Below, in pieces: positions 24,326-37,883 of a DNA stretch of 64,000 nt. This stretch comes from Octopus vulgaris. Taxonomy: Eukaryota. Each line of letters opens with the position of its first letter. Positions within the stretch are counted from its first letter, which is position 1. The translations under genes were made by a program, and so were the position numbers. The notes below the pieces were generated by a model. It made no database searches. It saw only the letters and a list, made by a program, of their open reading frames with translations, and was not told the origin of the DNA. The DNA is taken from assembly GCA_951406725.2 (NCBI GenBank), contig OX597815.1, forward strand, positions 180,482,001 through 180,546,000, in the 5' to 3' direction.

Positions 24326-26704
24326 ATGGTTCCCGCACAACACTAGAAATTAAATTTTTTTAAAGGCTTTTAAATAGGAGAATAGAGTGACAACACAAAG
24401 AATAATTTTAATTGTACAAAACAAATCTTGTATGACAAAAGTTGGCCGCAGCATGGAGTGAATAAAAATATTCAATCGTATTTAACTTAGTTAAATACGG
24501 TTTAACTTAGTAGTAGTTAAACTTAGACAAAGTGAAAGTAGTTTGGTTAACATATATGGCCTAAATTAATTTTTTTAAGGGTTCACAATTCGTTGATCAC
24601 TCATCGAAGAAAACATACCCAACTTCTTTTCTTCATTAACAGCATACAATCTTAGCTTTTATATAAAGCAGCTAATAGTTTTGACTGCCATGACACTGCA
24701 TCCTTTAAGGCCCTCGTGCTTTCCGAAATCCGCCGAAATTACACCTGATTATACATACACTTTAGATGAGTTGTAGTGCACCTGAGCACTGTACACAATG
24801 TTTTTTTATTATTATTATTATTTAATACTTTAGAGGGTTGCCTAATTTGAATATTTGTGTTTTTAACAGCTTATCATTAAATAATATTTGAAGCACAGCC
24901 ATAGGAGTAAAAAAAAAATGAATTATTACAAAGCCTAGCTGTGGCTGAAGTAAAATGAATGTAGACACCGTCTTTCTATACTTTTGATGTACAGGAAAAG
25001 GAGCGGGGTATCTTCTAATGGACCATTTCAGAATCTGGTTATCGTTCTTTTTTAATGTTTTTACTTTTTTATTAGCTATTATTTTCTTTCCATAAAATGA
25101 CCAACGAAAGTGGACATTTTATGGAAAAATAAAAACGATATAGGGAGGATATTTCAAGGAACTACAATTCTCAGTTGAAGTTTGTTGCGACTATTCTAGA
25201 GGAGAAACTGCAGGAATGGTGCAAAACCGAAAGTGCATTGGACAGAAACATTATTGAACTTGCTAGTCCAGCCAAAATAATTGGTTGCAACGGAATAATG
25301 CGCCTAAACTAAGTTGAAGAGTGTCGATAAATGAGTCTGTCGTTTGAGTGGTTTGTATGTGTATTGGATGATACATGGGGATAACTGGTTGAGTTGATGA
25401 ATGAAAATATGTTTCATGGGCTGCGTAAAGGAGTAATTGAACAACACCCACGAAAAGATTTTATTCTCGCACACATTAAGTCAAAACTACGTTAGTCTTT
25501 GACAACTAACAGCAGCAATAATTACATCCTGCGAGAGAAAAGAAGGGAAAACCGCGCTGCATTCGAAGTTGTTACTTATAAGACATTGTGGGAATGTTTA
25601 GCTCAGTCTGTCCAAGAACCTGGAGACGTCTACGCAAATATCTGCAATTGTTTGATCTGGGAAAGATGGATCTAACATATCGCTCAACATTCTGCCTGGC
25701 ATGAGGTGAGATTTGTGAAGGAGTTGGCCACTCTCAATGCTTTTCAAAATGTGTAGACGCCAAAAAGCGGCTCTTCTATAGGGCACAAAAAGAAGGTTCT
25801 AGAAGAGTGAATCTCACAATGGCTTAATGCTGATTGGTCGCTTAATAGACTGGTCACGTGAAACTACTGTGATAGGTTTTGATGTATGATCACCTACCTA
25901 GCGGTTCGGTTTCGAATCATCGCTATAAGTCTTTTGCTAATCATTCGAATCACTTTTTGGGTGAGGTCTAAGAAGAATATTTGCGTGTGCAGTGTCGGTA
26001 CCATCTGAGAAATGAGGAACACATTCATGAGGATCTTACTTGAGATTTTGCTGAGAGATAGCAACTGTTTAAGGCTGAAGTATTTCCTGTTCTTGAAAGG
26101 AAATCTCGTTTTAGGGATGAAGATTTAGCAGGGTTATATTTGTGAAGAATCAGATTTTGTTAAGCCTAACAATTGTGGCGGATTTTATGATTTTAGTTTC
26201 TTTGGTATGTGCTGTAACTGATTTTTTGAAAACCACATCCTCTTTTAGAGGATGTGGTTTTCAAAAGCTGAGTTCATTTCTAAGTTGATATTTGTGAACG
26301 GAATGTAGAGGAGGGTGAAATGTAAGCGAGTGTGATATACATTACTTGTTTCAATTTTTAGACTGAGGCCATACTGGGGCACCACCTTGAAGAAATTTTT
26401 AGTTGAACGGATCGACCCCAATACTTATTATCATCGAAGCTTTTTGCTGGTTAAGCGGTGGTCGGTCACACACACATACAGTTTAAAATTTACATGCCTA
26501 TGGACATCATCCACGATAATTGCACAATTGTTGCTGGATCTGCCTCAGGAATCCCTCAGTGTACGTTGAGTGGAAAATGGAATATACAGAAAGGCTTTAT
26601 TGATCATAACGATCGTTTCGACACATCCTACTTCGCTCCTTCGCAGGTGGGAAACTGTACAATTTTGGCGCATGTATGGATGCAATGTGAGATGGATGCT
26701 ACAT

Positions 26705-27100
26705 TTTCTCTTTTACTTGTTTCAGTCATTTGACTGTGGCCATGCTGGAGCACCTCATTTAGTTGAGCAAATCAACCCCAGGACTTATTCTTTGTAAATC
26801 TAGTACTTATTCTATCGGTCACTTTTGCCGAACCGCTAATTTGCGGGAATGTAAACACACCAACATCAGTTGTCAAGCGATGCTGTGGGGACAAACAGAT
26901 ACACAAACATATATACACACACACAAATATATATATACATATATACGACGGGCTTCCTTCAGTTTCCGTCTACCAAATCCACTCACAAGGCTTTGGTCAG
27001 CCCGGGGCTATAGTAGAAGACACTTGCCCAAGGTGCCATGCAGTGGGACTGAACCCAGAATCATGTGGTTGGTTAGCAAGCTATTTACCACACAGCCACT
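26705..27100 (-). mobile_element. Group A SINE
   Basis: Full head, (TA/CA)n centre and tail. Confidence 0.85.
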
Positions 27101-27994
27101 TCAATTATTTTTCAGATAATGTTGTGTAAATTCGGTGTGATTATGGCATACTTTAACATTAAACGGTTCTAGTTTTCATGGAATTATTACTTTTAACCAG
27201 TCGTTCTCAACTAATTTTTATCTACGGACCCCTTCGATATCTATTTTATCTTGGTGGACCCTCATAGCTATTCAATGTTTAAAGAATCCTATTATATCTT
27301 TATTATTAAATATTATTAGGTATTGCATAAAAAAATTGCTAGAATATTTTGTGCATTATAGAAGTATAAACAATTTATGGCACAATTTTTAACAAAAAAA
27401 AACAAACTCCTCTGGATCCCAGAGGACCCCCGATTAAGAAGCATTGTAAACTATTCCAATTCAGCTTGACAATACTGACGATTAAAACTAGACAGGATAT
27501 TATTAAAAAACCGTTTCATCTTAAAAAGTGATACGTAGAAAGTGAAAGTTCTTTTTTCGCTTGAATACAAAACTCACCAAAAAACTAATATTTCAGTTTT
27601 TTTTTGTTTTTAATTATTGTTTGATAAACCTCAACGAATCCAGGTAAAAAAAAAGTCACAGAGGTTTTGTCCGGGAAGGGGGAGTTGTCATAGGCGGGAT
27701 GGGGTATCTTAGGGGCTTTTATCCTGATACCATAAATTGTGACTTTTTTCCCTGCGACTTACTATGACTTTTTTTTCCTTTGACTTTATTACCGGTTACC
27801 ATTTAAACAATATAATTTTTATTTATAATCAAACCTTATAAAAACCAGTTTGGTTCCATCGCAATTAAAACCCAACTTCGAAAAAATACTTTGTTAAAAA
27901 CAAATTATACAAAACAAACCAAAACACCTACAAAATACAACTAATCGGACCACAAGGATTAAGTTCAAAGCTGTCTTTAATTTACTCTCTGTGC

Positions 27995-28420
27995 AGTCGA
28001 ACCAATTCTACTATATGGCTCAGAAACCTGGACGCTATCAAAGAAGCTTGAGAGGCGGTTGGATGGAACCTACACTCGCCTCCTTATGAGAGCTCAAAAT
28101 CTCTCGTGGGAGCGCCATCCAACCAAAATGCAAATATATGGAAAACTACCACCTGTGTCATCTCTTGTGAAAGGTAGGAGAGTCCAATTTGCTGGACATT
28201 GTTGTAGAGCTGAAAAAGAAGTAATTTCTACTCTTCTCCTCTGGAAGCTATCTGCTCGCAATACCAGAGGGCGCACACTCTCCTACCCTGATGTAATCTC
28301 CAGGGATACAGGCATCCAGCAACAGGACCTCTGTAATGCCATGATGGACCGTGAAGTCTGGCGTAGCATGGTAAATTCCATTGTCTCGACCACGGTCGAA
28401 CAATGATGAATGATGATGAT
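27995..28420 (+). mobile_element. RTE-clade LINE 3' end
   Basis: EPILLYGSETWTLSKKLERRLDGTYTRLLMRAQNLSW...FAGHCCR...MDREVWR, then (tga)n tail. Confidence 0.9.
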
Positions 28421-28439
28421 ATGACACACGCACAACTCT

Positions 28440-29168
28440 GCCCCCACCCATCGACTTTGTTTCTTCATAACTTCCAGAAAATTGGATATTTTTTAATCAA
28501 ATTTTCTACAAATATGCTTTGAATGGTGTAGATTCCGATTATATCGGAATTTGTTGTGAAAACCTTTTTCTGTGGGTGGGGAGATGAGTTTTTGAAAATT
28601 CACATGAATCGGATTTGTTTCCTCATAGCTTTCAGAAAAGTGTTTTGTTTTGTTTTTTCAAAAAATGAAATCTTTTCTAAATACCTTTCAAAGAGCGTAG
28701 ATTACGTTTATATCGGAATTTAAGATGAAAAAAAAAAAAGGAAAATTGGCGGCTTCGCACACATACACACTGACATACATCACATGTATACACACACAGA
28801 ATCAAGCGCTATACAAATTGTGATGTGTGTCAGTGTGCGAGGCCACAAATTTTTTTTTTTCATCTTAAATTCAGATATAATTGTAATTTTCACACCCTGA
28901 AAAGTGTTTATTGAAAATTTCATTTAAAAATGCCCCACACTTATTTTTTTTCCTGAAAGTTACGAAGAAGCAAAGCCAACTTCTATGCGAATTTTCCAAA
29001 ACTCCTCTCCCCACCCACAGGAAAACGTTTTCTCAATAAATTCCGATATAATGGTAATCTACACAATCTGAATCGTATTTGTATAGAATTTCATTAAACA
29101 AATCCATTTTTCTGGAATTATGAAGAAACAAAGTCGGTGGGATGGGGTGGGGCTTCCTCATGCCCAGT
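28440..29168. mobile_element. Long foldback MITE with internally subrepeated inverted arms
   Basis: ccccacccatcgactttgtttcttcataa at left, ttatgaagaaacaaagtcggtgggatgggg at right; symmetry centre ~28800; right end cagtg-ta (Tc1-like). Confidence 0.7.
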
Positions 29169-29171
29169 GTA

Positions 29172-29579
29172 TTCTCTTTTACTCTTTTACTTGTTTCAGT
29201 CATTTGACTGCGGCCATGCTGGAGCACCGCCTTTAGTCGAGCAAATCGACCCCAGGACTTATTCTTTGTAAGCCCAGTACTTATTCTATCGGTCTCTTTT
29301 GCCGAACCGCTAAGTGACGGGGACGTAAACACACCAGCATCGGTTGTCAAGCAATGCTAGGGGGACAAACACAGACACACAAACACACACACACATACAT
29401 ATATATACATATATACGACAGGCTTCTTTCAGTTTCCGTCTACCAAATCCACTCACAAGACATTGGTCGGCCCAGGGCTATAGGAGAAGACACTTACCCA
29501 AGATGCCACGCAGTGGGACTGAACCCGGAACCATGTGGTTGATAAGCAAGCTACTTACCACACAGCCACTCCTGCGCCT
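29172..29579 (-). mobile_element. Group A SINE, near full length
   Basis: aggcgcaggagtggctgtgtggtaagtagc head through gactgaaacaagtaaaagag tail. Confidence 0.9.
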
Positions 29580-29782
29580 ATTGTTGGTACTAGTTTAATC
29601 AACTCTGAAGAAACGAAAATGACTTTAAAGTAGAATTTGGACTCAGTAGAGTAAGATATTACTAATCACTCAATCATTGCCCGTCTACGGTAACAAATTA
29701 GATTTCATAAAAAGTATCACAAAAATTTTCCAAAATGTAATGGATCGGATTGCTCTCGTAGGTAGTTTTAAATATGTAGCAC

Positions 29783-29823
<41 letters not shown>

Positions 29824-29832
<9 letters not shown>

Positions 29833-31535
29833 AAATACAAAGTTATATCTTGAGATCGCTAGTGATAACAATACTCAAAATATATAACAGACTGGAATTG
29901 TAGTGCTCCAAATGAGCTATATTCCACTTGTTAATCTGAGGGGAGGCAATGTTTTATGATTTTAAGCGTAAATTCAATATTATATATGCAACATTGATTC
30001 TTATATATTTATTATTATATTTCTAAACGTCGGGCTTTATATCTGTGCTGTAGATATAAATGAATATATGAATATATTTGATCTTTCTGTGGATTTTGTA
30101 ATGTTCCTTTAGTTGCTGCTCACATTGCCTCCCCTCAGATTAACAAGTATATATATATATATGTATGTATGTGGAGGCGCAATGGCCCAGTGGTTAGGGC
30201 AGCGGACTCGCGGTCATAGGATCGCGGTTTCGATTCCCAGACCGGGCGTTGTGAGTGTTTATTGAGCGAAAACACCTATAAGCTCCACGAGGCTCCGGCA
30301 GGGGATGGTGGTGATCCCTGCTGTACTCTTTCACCACAACTTTCTCTCACTCTTACTTCCTGTTTCTGTTGTACCTGTATTTCAAAGGGCCGGCCTCGTC
30401 ACTCTCTGTGTCACGCTGAATATCCCCGAGAACTACGTTAAGTGTGCACGTGTCTGTGGAGTGCTCAGCCACTTACATGTTAATTTCACGAGCAGGCTGT
30501 TCCGTTGATTCGGATCAACCGGAACCCTCATCGTCGTGACCGACGGAGTGCTTCCATATATATATATGTTCCGTTGATTCGGATCAACCGGAACCCTCAT
30601 CGTCGTGACCGACGGAGTGCTTCCATATATATATGTTCCGTTGATTCGGATCAACCGGAACCCTCATCGTCGTGACCGACGGAGTGCTTCCATATATATA
30701 TATATATGGAAGCACTCCGTCGGTCACGACGATGAGGGTTCCGGTTGATCCGAATCAACGGAACATATATATATGGAAGCACTCCGTCGGTCACGACGAT
30801 GAGGGTTCCAGTTGATCCGAATCAACGGAACAGCCTGCTCGTGAAATTAACATGTAAGTGGCTGAGCACTCCACAGACACGTGCACACTTAACGTAGTTC
30901 TCGGGGATATTCAGCGTGACACAGAGAGTGACGAGGCCGGCCCTTTGAAATACAGGTACAACAGAAACAGGAAGTAAGAGTGAGAGAAAGTTGTGGTGAA
31001 AGAGTACAGCAGGGATCACCACCATCCCCTGCCGGAGCCTCGTGGAGCTTATAGGTGTTTTCGCTCAATAAACACTCACAACGCCCGGTCTGGGAATCGA
31101 AACCGCGATCCTATGACCGCGAGTCCGCTGCCCTAACCACTGGGCCATTGCGCCTCCACATACATATATATATACTTGTTAATCTGAGGGGAGGCAATGT
31201 GAGCAGCAACTAAAGGAACATTACAAAATCCACAGAAAGATCAAATATATTCATATATTCATTTATATCTACAGCACAGATATAAAGCCCGACGTTTAAA
31301 AATATAATAATAAATAAATAAATAAATAAATAAATAAACATCATATAATATATATATAAATATATAAGAATCAATGTTGCATATATAATATTGAATTTAC
31401 GCTTAAAATCATAAAACATTGCCTCCCCTCAGATTAACAAGTGGAATATAGCTCATTTGGAGCACTACAATTCCAGTCTGTTATATATTTTGAGTATTGT
31501 TATCACTAGCGATCTCAAGATATAACTTTGTATTT

Positions 31536-31544
<9 letters not shown>
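29824..31544. repeat. ~1.7-kb near-perfect palindrome containing two facing group C SINEs (30171-30690 + and 30708-31160 -)
   Basis: Arms are reverse complements about the (TA)n at 30692-30707; the mirrored ORFs 30305-30508(+) and 30822-31025(-) are identical. Confidence 0.95.
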
Positions 31545-31591
<47 letters not shown>

Positions 31592-32134
31592 CAAAAGAAA
31601 TAAAATGATAAAAGAAAAAAATTAAGCCGACACTTGGAACCCAATCCGACAACTATTGTAACAAAATTAAGCAGCTGACAGGGCTGATCTGTGCACAGAT
31701 GGTAGTTAGTTCATAAACAGTATAGAGAAATGACTCATAAATGCAGTTCCGCACAAATCCAGTTAGTTAAAATTCGTTTCGGCAAAGCCATGTCAAGATT
31801 TCACTCTCCTATATTGAATCTTGAGAGTTACTTCCTCTTAGTTTGATGTTACGTCAGGATTTCGGTTAACGATTGTAAAATAATTTATTTTTCTAACGAA
31901 CATCGATGATACAAAAAGATTTTGATGTTGCTAATCAGACAATGATATTAATTCTCTTCTCCGCCACGTATTGTTTTTAGTCGGCTTAGAACTAGCTTTA
32001 AGATGTGCTGTCGTCAATTTATATTTGAATTGAAAGAATGAAGTGTTTAAAGATCGGAAATATCCAACTGTTAAAACGATTGTCAAAACGGAAATATTTC
32101 ACTTTTCTTCTTTTTCCTTATTCTTGTTAAGTTG

Positions 32135-32749
32135 GCAAGATGGCAGAATCGTTAGCACTCCAGGCAAAATTTCTAGCAGCATTTTGTCCGTCTTCTGAGT
32201 TCTGAGTTCAAATGCTGCTGAGGTCGACTTTGCCATTCATCCTTTCTCATCGATAAAAGGAGTACCAGTTGAGTACCGAGGACAATAAAATCGACTCAGT
32301 CCCCACTTACGACATTTCAAGCCTTGTGCCAATAGTAGAATGGATTATTGAGATGGCAGAATCGTTAGCACGCCGGACGAAATGCTTAGTGATATTTCGC
32401 TCGTCGCTACGTTCTGAGTTCAAATTCCGCCGAGGTCGACTTAGCTTTTCATCCTTTCGGAGTCGATAAATTAAGTACCAGTTACGCACTGGGTTCGATG
32501 TAATCGACTTAATCCCTTTGTCTGTCCTTGTTTGTCTCCTCTATGTTTAGCCCCCTATGAGCAATAAAGAAATAAGAATCATTAGCACGCCGGACGAAAT
32601 GCTTAGCCGTATTTCGCCCGCCTCTACGTTCTGAATTCGCTTTTCATTCTTTCGGAGTCGATAAATTAAGTACCAGTTACGCACTGGGGTCGATGTAATC
32701 TAGTAGTCCCCTCCCCCAAATTTCAGGTCTTGTGGCTTTAGTAGAAAGG

Positions 32750-32750
<1 letters not shown>
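32135..32750 (+). mobile_element. Cluster of group B SINE units followed by (ATT)n
   Basis: Family motifs. Confidence 0.8.
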
Positions 32751-32802
<52 letters not shown>

Positions 32803-33637
32803 CATCATTATGCTTGTTATAGAAGATATTTTGTTATCATTCAAGATGGCAGGCTGTAATCAGAGGTTTTTTTTTTTATATATACTTGGGCGATATTGGT
32901 GTGTGTTTACACATTCGCAATGTCGTTTTCATCTACCTCGGAACCTCTCTATATTTCAGATTTCAGTTTATCTGAGACCCTTAATTCTCCGTTAGCTTTG
33001 ACTGCCTGTAGCAGTGTGTACATTTGTGAGTTTTCCTTGGAAGTCTATCCTTGTTTCTAAATAATTCTGACTAATGACCTGGCTACCAGCATGTAGATTA
33101 TCTTGTATGAATTCTGAGCTTTTATACAGCGGACAATACATTGACTAATACAGCATCCATCGCTTTTATGGTTTGTGAAAAGATTTCCCTTTTCTCTTTT
33201 TGGTTGAACACACTTCTTAAAGACTTTAGATACAGACGAAAACTTCTCACCCGAATAAAATACCTGTAGTTTGTCATTGACTCTCTACAGATGTTCATCT
33301 TTTCTCCAATTTAGATGAGTAGCTAACCTCTACTTCAGTAGTGCTTGATCTTTTTTCCTTCCCCTTAAAAATAATATCAGGCCTTTGTCTTTGCAGTGGG
33401 TTGCTATTTTGTTGCAATGTTTCGCAAATATTTCCTCGCTTTTAAATGTATGGATGCATTTTGGTGTTTGTGTGTCTTTGATAAAAACCATCAGGAGAAT
33501 TCCTTATGTGAATAGTTTTAGCAACAATGTTGTATCTCATGAAAAGATAGACTTTGCAAATATGTTTTGGACTGCTGCTGCTGTGGATGTTATCTACCAT
33601 TGTGGCAGAACCGACATTCATTACAGATAAACAATCA

Positions 33638-33775
33638 AAGTGGTAAGTAGCTTGCTTACGAACCACACGGTTCCGGGTTCAGTCCCACTGCGTGGCACCT
33701 TGGGCAAGTGTCTTCTACTACGACGAAAGCCTTGTGAGTGGATTTGGTAGAAGGAAACTGAAAAGAAGCCCATCG

Positions 33776-33809
<34 letters not shown>

Positions 33810-34000
33810 CGTTTGTCCCCCCAACATCGCTTGACAACCGATGCTGGTGTGTTTACGTCCCCGTAACTTAGCGGTTCGGCAAAAGACACCGATAGAATAA
33901 GTACTGGGTTTACAAAGAATAAGTCCTGGGGTCGATTTGCTCGACTAAAGGCGGTGCTCCAGCATGGCCACAGTCAAATGACTGAAACAAGTAAAAGAAG
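33638..34000 (+). mobile_element. Group A SINE
   Basis: Family motifs. Confidence 0.85.
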
Positions 34001-34619
34001 AAAAAAAATCAAATAAATAAGCGTGCCATTAAAGGGAACCGTGCTGAATGATTCAAAGAGCAGAGATTCTTCTTTGAAAATTTTGTGAAAATCTGGCTGA
34101 GAAAGTGAACGAAGGGAGAGAACGGCGTTTGCGTTTAGATTTTCTCCTCAAGAATTACCAACCAAGTGCAGTGAATTTCAAATTGTTTCTAGATCTTACT
34201 TCTCTCTGTAAGACAGATTACAAGTCTCAATCAATGACGCTGATACAGTTACGAGTATAAAGCTAGAGTGAAGCGAGTTAAATTTATATGACACTTACAA
34301 ACGAAGAGAAAACTGAACATTAAATTTATTATGTCCGAAATATTTGTTTAATGGCGGGTGGGACATGGCTGGCTTATTGAGTTTCTGATCAGTTTTTCAT
34401 TACTTGATTCTAACAAAATTCTTTATGGAGAAGAGAATATAATTTCGTTGTTTCCCAACTTTTCTCTTCATTTCGTATCAATGTTCTCAATCATTTGTTC
34501 GACTTCGCCATCAGATTTGGAATTTACATAATTTTTCGTCTCTACAGCAAATTTGTATCTACACACACCAGAAAGGAGATTCCACAAACTTTTGCAAAAT
34601 ATAACAGCAACAACAACAA

Positions 34620-35177
34620 TCCTTTCTACAATAGGCACAAGACCTGAAATTTGATGGGGAGATGCTAAGTCGACCCCAGTGTGTAACTGGTACTGAATCG
34701 ACCTCGAAAGAATAAAAGGCAAAGTCGGCCTCGGCCGAATTTGAACTCAGAACATGAAAACAGACGAAATACCTATTTCTTTATTACTAAAATGGGGCTA
34801 AACACAAAGAGGACAAACACGGATTAAGTCGATTATATCGACCCCAGTGCGTAACTGGTACTTATTTAATCGACCCCGAAAGGATGAAAGGCAAAGTCGA
34901 CCTCGGCGGAATTTAAACTCAGAACGTAGCGACGGCGAAATACCTATTTCTTTACTACTCACAAGGGGATAAACACAGAGCGGACAAACAAGGACAGACA
35001 AACGGATTAAGTCGAATATATTGACCCCAGTGCGTAACTGGTACTTATTTAATCGACTCCGAAAGGATGAAAGGCAAAGTTGACCTCGGCGGAATTTAAA
35101 CTCAGAACGTAACGACGGGCGAAATACCGCTAAGCACTTCACCTGGCTTGCTAACGTTTCTGCCAGTTCGCCGCCTT
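34620..35177 (-). mobile_element. Group B SINE, three units
   Basis: Family motifs. Confidence 0.85.
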
Positions 35178-36299
35178 ACATGTTATTATTGTTGGCATAA
35201 ACACCCTCCCAAGACACACAAAAAAGATTTGTTTCAACACACGAATTCACATAAAAAATTTTGCCAACCAAAAACACAAAATCGAAAATTAAAAATATTT
35301 AAATAATTTAGTGGAAAATGCAATGCAAGGGAGAGAATTCATGCTAGTTTGTTACGAGAGTTATTTTTGTCAACTCCTTTCACTTTGAGTTCACTGACAG
35401 GTTTTAATTGTCTGTTAGTAGTGTTTCATTACCGACACCTACAAAAGAATTGGTGTGAAGGGATGACATGTCATTACAGTAAAAAGAAAAATAACAAAAA
35501 AAAAAATACAACAACAAAGACAAAAAGAAAAAAAAAGCTCTAAATAAATCCCACTATGCCATTGTTATTTCTTGCAGGTCATTCGATCTTCGAGAAATAG
35601 GAACCAAAATCTCCCTCCAAACCCCACCGTAAAGTCTTTGCTACTGTTCGCCTTTAAAAATTGTTTAGTTACAGATAAATCTGATCTGATCTGATTATAG
35701 GCCTATCGGATTAGTGTTGACCTCGATCTAATCTCTTACCTTTTACTTGTTTCAGTCATTGAACAGCGGCCATGCTGGGGCATCTCCTTAAACGGTTTAG
35801 TCGAACATATATCGATTCCCGTACTAATTTTTTTAAAGCTCTGTGCTTATGCTATTGGTTTGTTTTGCCGAACCGCTACATTTCGGGAGACATAAACAAA
35901 CCAACACCGGCTGTCAAACGGTGGTGATGGGGACAAGAACAAAAACACACACGACGAACTTTCAATTTTCTCGTTCCAAATCTTTTGTCGACCCAGGGTT
36001 ATAATAGAAGACGCTTGCCCAGGATGTAACGCATGGGATTGAACCTCAAAACGTATGGTTGGGAAGCAAACTTCTTACCACACAGCCACGCCTGCATCTC
36101 ACCTTATCGTCACGTGTCCATTTACTTTCGTCGATAACTTTCCCTATTCTCTGATTGACAAATTGTATAATAACACTTTTACCATTTGGCTCTCCTCCAG
36201 GGGCGGCCTACTGTGACATTCTGAGATGTTCTATCGGTTTTTATCCCAGGCAGTTTTCTTTGCTTTCTGAACCACCTGAGAAAGCTGTTGAAAAATCAC

Positions 36300-36797
36300 C
36301 TAGCAAAACAAGGTCCTCTCTCTGCTGAGCCTTTACACACTGCTGGGGAGGGCGGAAATCAAATGGGAAGGCCACCTTGTTCGAATGCCCAACACGCGAA
36401 TCCTGAAGAAAGTGTTTTTCAGTGAAGTGGTGGAAAGCAAGCGCAGGCAAGGTGGACAGAAAAAACCCCCCTCTAAGGATACATTCAAAGCCTCACTAAG
36501 AGCTTTTGAAGCCAACACGGATACTTAGGAAACGCAAGCGCAGGACCAACCTGTTCAGCGAAGGTGCACCAACCAACATGGCCACCCCCTACGAACAGAA
36601 CAGGATTGCAAAGACAGAAAACGCCCAAGTTCAGAGCCGATTCCTTGCCTCCAGTCCCAACAGACCAAATGTGCCCGACCCGCGGCAGAGACCTCAGAGC
36701 TCGTAACGGGCTAATTAGTCACATCCGGACATACCTTGCTCCGTCTTCTTCCGTATGATATTCTTGGTCATCGTCGACAACTACTGACGAACCAATA
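36300..36797 (+). mobile_element. RTE-clade LINE 3' end, decayed
   Basis: GHLVRMPNTRILKKVFFSEVVESKRRQGGQKK..KDTFKASLRAF and terminal CPTRGRDLRARNGLISHIRT zinc-finger-like motif. Confidence 0.8.
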
Positions 36798-36820
36798 TCA
36801 CGGATTTTTCTGTATATATA

Positions 36821-36979
36821 GACGCAGGAGTGGCTGTGTGTTAAGTAGCTTGCTTCAAACCACATGGTTCCGGGTTCAGTCCCACTGCGTGACACCTTGG
36901 GCAAGTGTCTCCTACTATAGCCTCGGGCCGACCAAATCCTTGTGAGTGGATTTGGTAGATGAAAACTGAAAGAAGCCCG

Positions 36980-37016
<37 letters not shown>

Positions 37017-37225
37017 TGTGTCTGTGCTTATCTCTCCAACATCGCCTGACAACCGATGCTGGTGTGTTTACGTCCCCGTAACTTAGCGGTTCGGCAAAAA
37101 GGAACCGATAGAATAAGTACTAGGCTTACAAAGAATAAGTCCTGGGGTCGATTCGCTCGACTAAAGGCGGTGCTCCAGCATGGCCGCAGTCAAATGACTG
37201 AAACAGCTAAAAGAAAAAAAAAAAA
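36821..37225 (+). mobile_element. Group A SINE
   Basis: Family motifs; another decayed copy at 35735-36097 (minus). Confidence 0.85.
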
Positions 37226-37747
37226 GGATAGTGAGTTATCTCCCTTGCAGCACGTTATCATATAAATGGCCATCTAGTGGAATGCGTTAGGAGAGGATTT
37301 CTTGTCATGTGGTTCTCCGTGGAACAGCAGAAATCAGATATTGATACCGAAGCGTTTACTATGATATCCCTTAATCTACGGACTATTTCCAGGATGACAG
37401 TCAAGTAGGTCATTAAGTATTTGATGTGAAATCCAGTCCCACCAGGCAAGACGACAGTCCGTCTACCGTTACAAAAACAATTTCAATGAAATATAAATAA
37501 ATATGTCAGCCAAAGCAACAAAATCTTTCCAGTACACGAAATGTAAATAATTTGTAATCAACTCTAGTCATAAGAAAAATCGTACTCAAATCATACATAA
37601 AGGTTAAAAGAAAAAGAGGCGCTCGCCATTAATAAGGAGAATAAAATTACAAGTTGAGAGTTACCTCCCCTATACAACTAAATGATTGTGTACAGCCTGG
37701 AAAGGAATGGGTGTTCGTTGGTTTTATTCTGTACCAATCTTCCTTTA

Positions 37748-37832
<85 letters not shown>

Positions 37833-37883
37833 GTGTCCAATCAAAAAATGTATATACACGTTGAATGATTATAAAATCAGTGT

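Noticed and set aside
25560-25780. Possible LINE C-terminal remnant (IAQHSAW)
   Set aside because: Too decayed to call; the same applies to the coding-like stretch at 32850-33620.
31772-31800. TTGACAT ggc-ttt-gcc GAAAcg (possible U3:A8 hammerhead)
   Set aside because: A9 and the UH cleavage site are absent.
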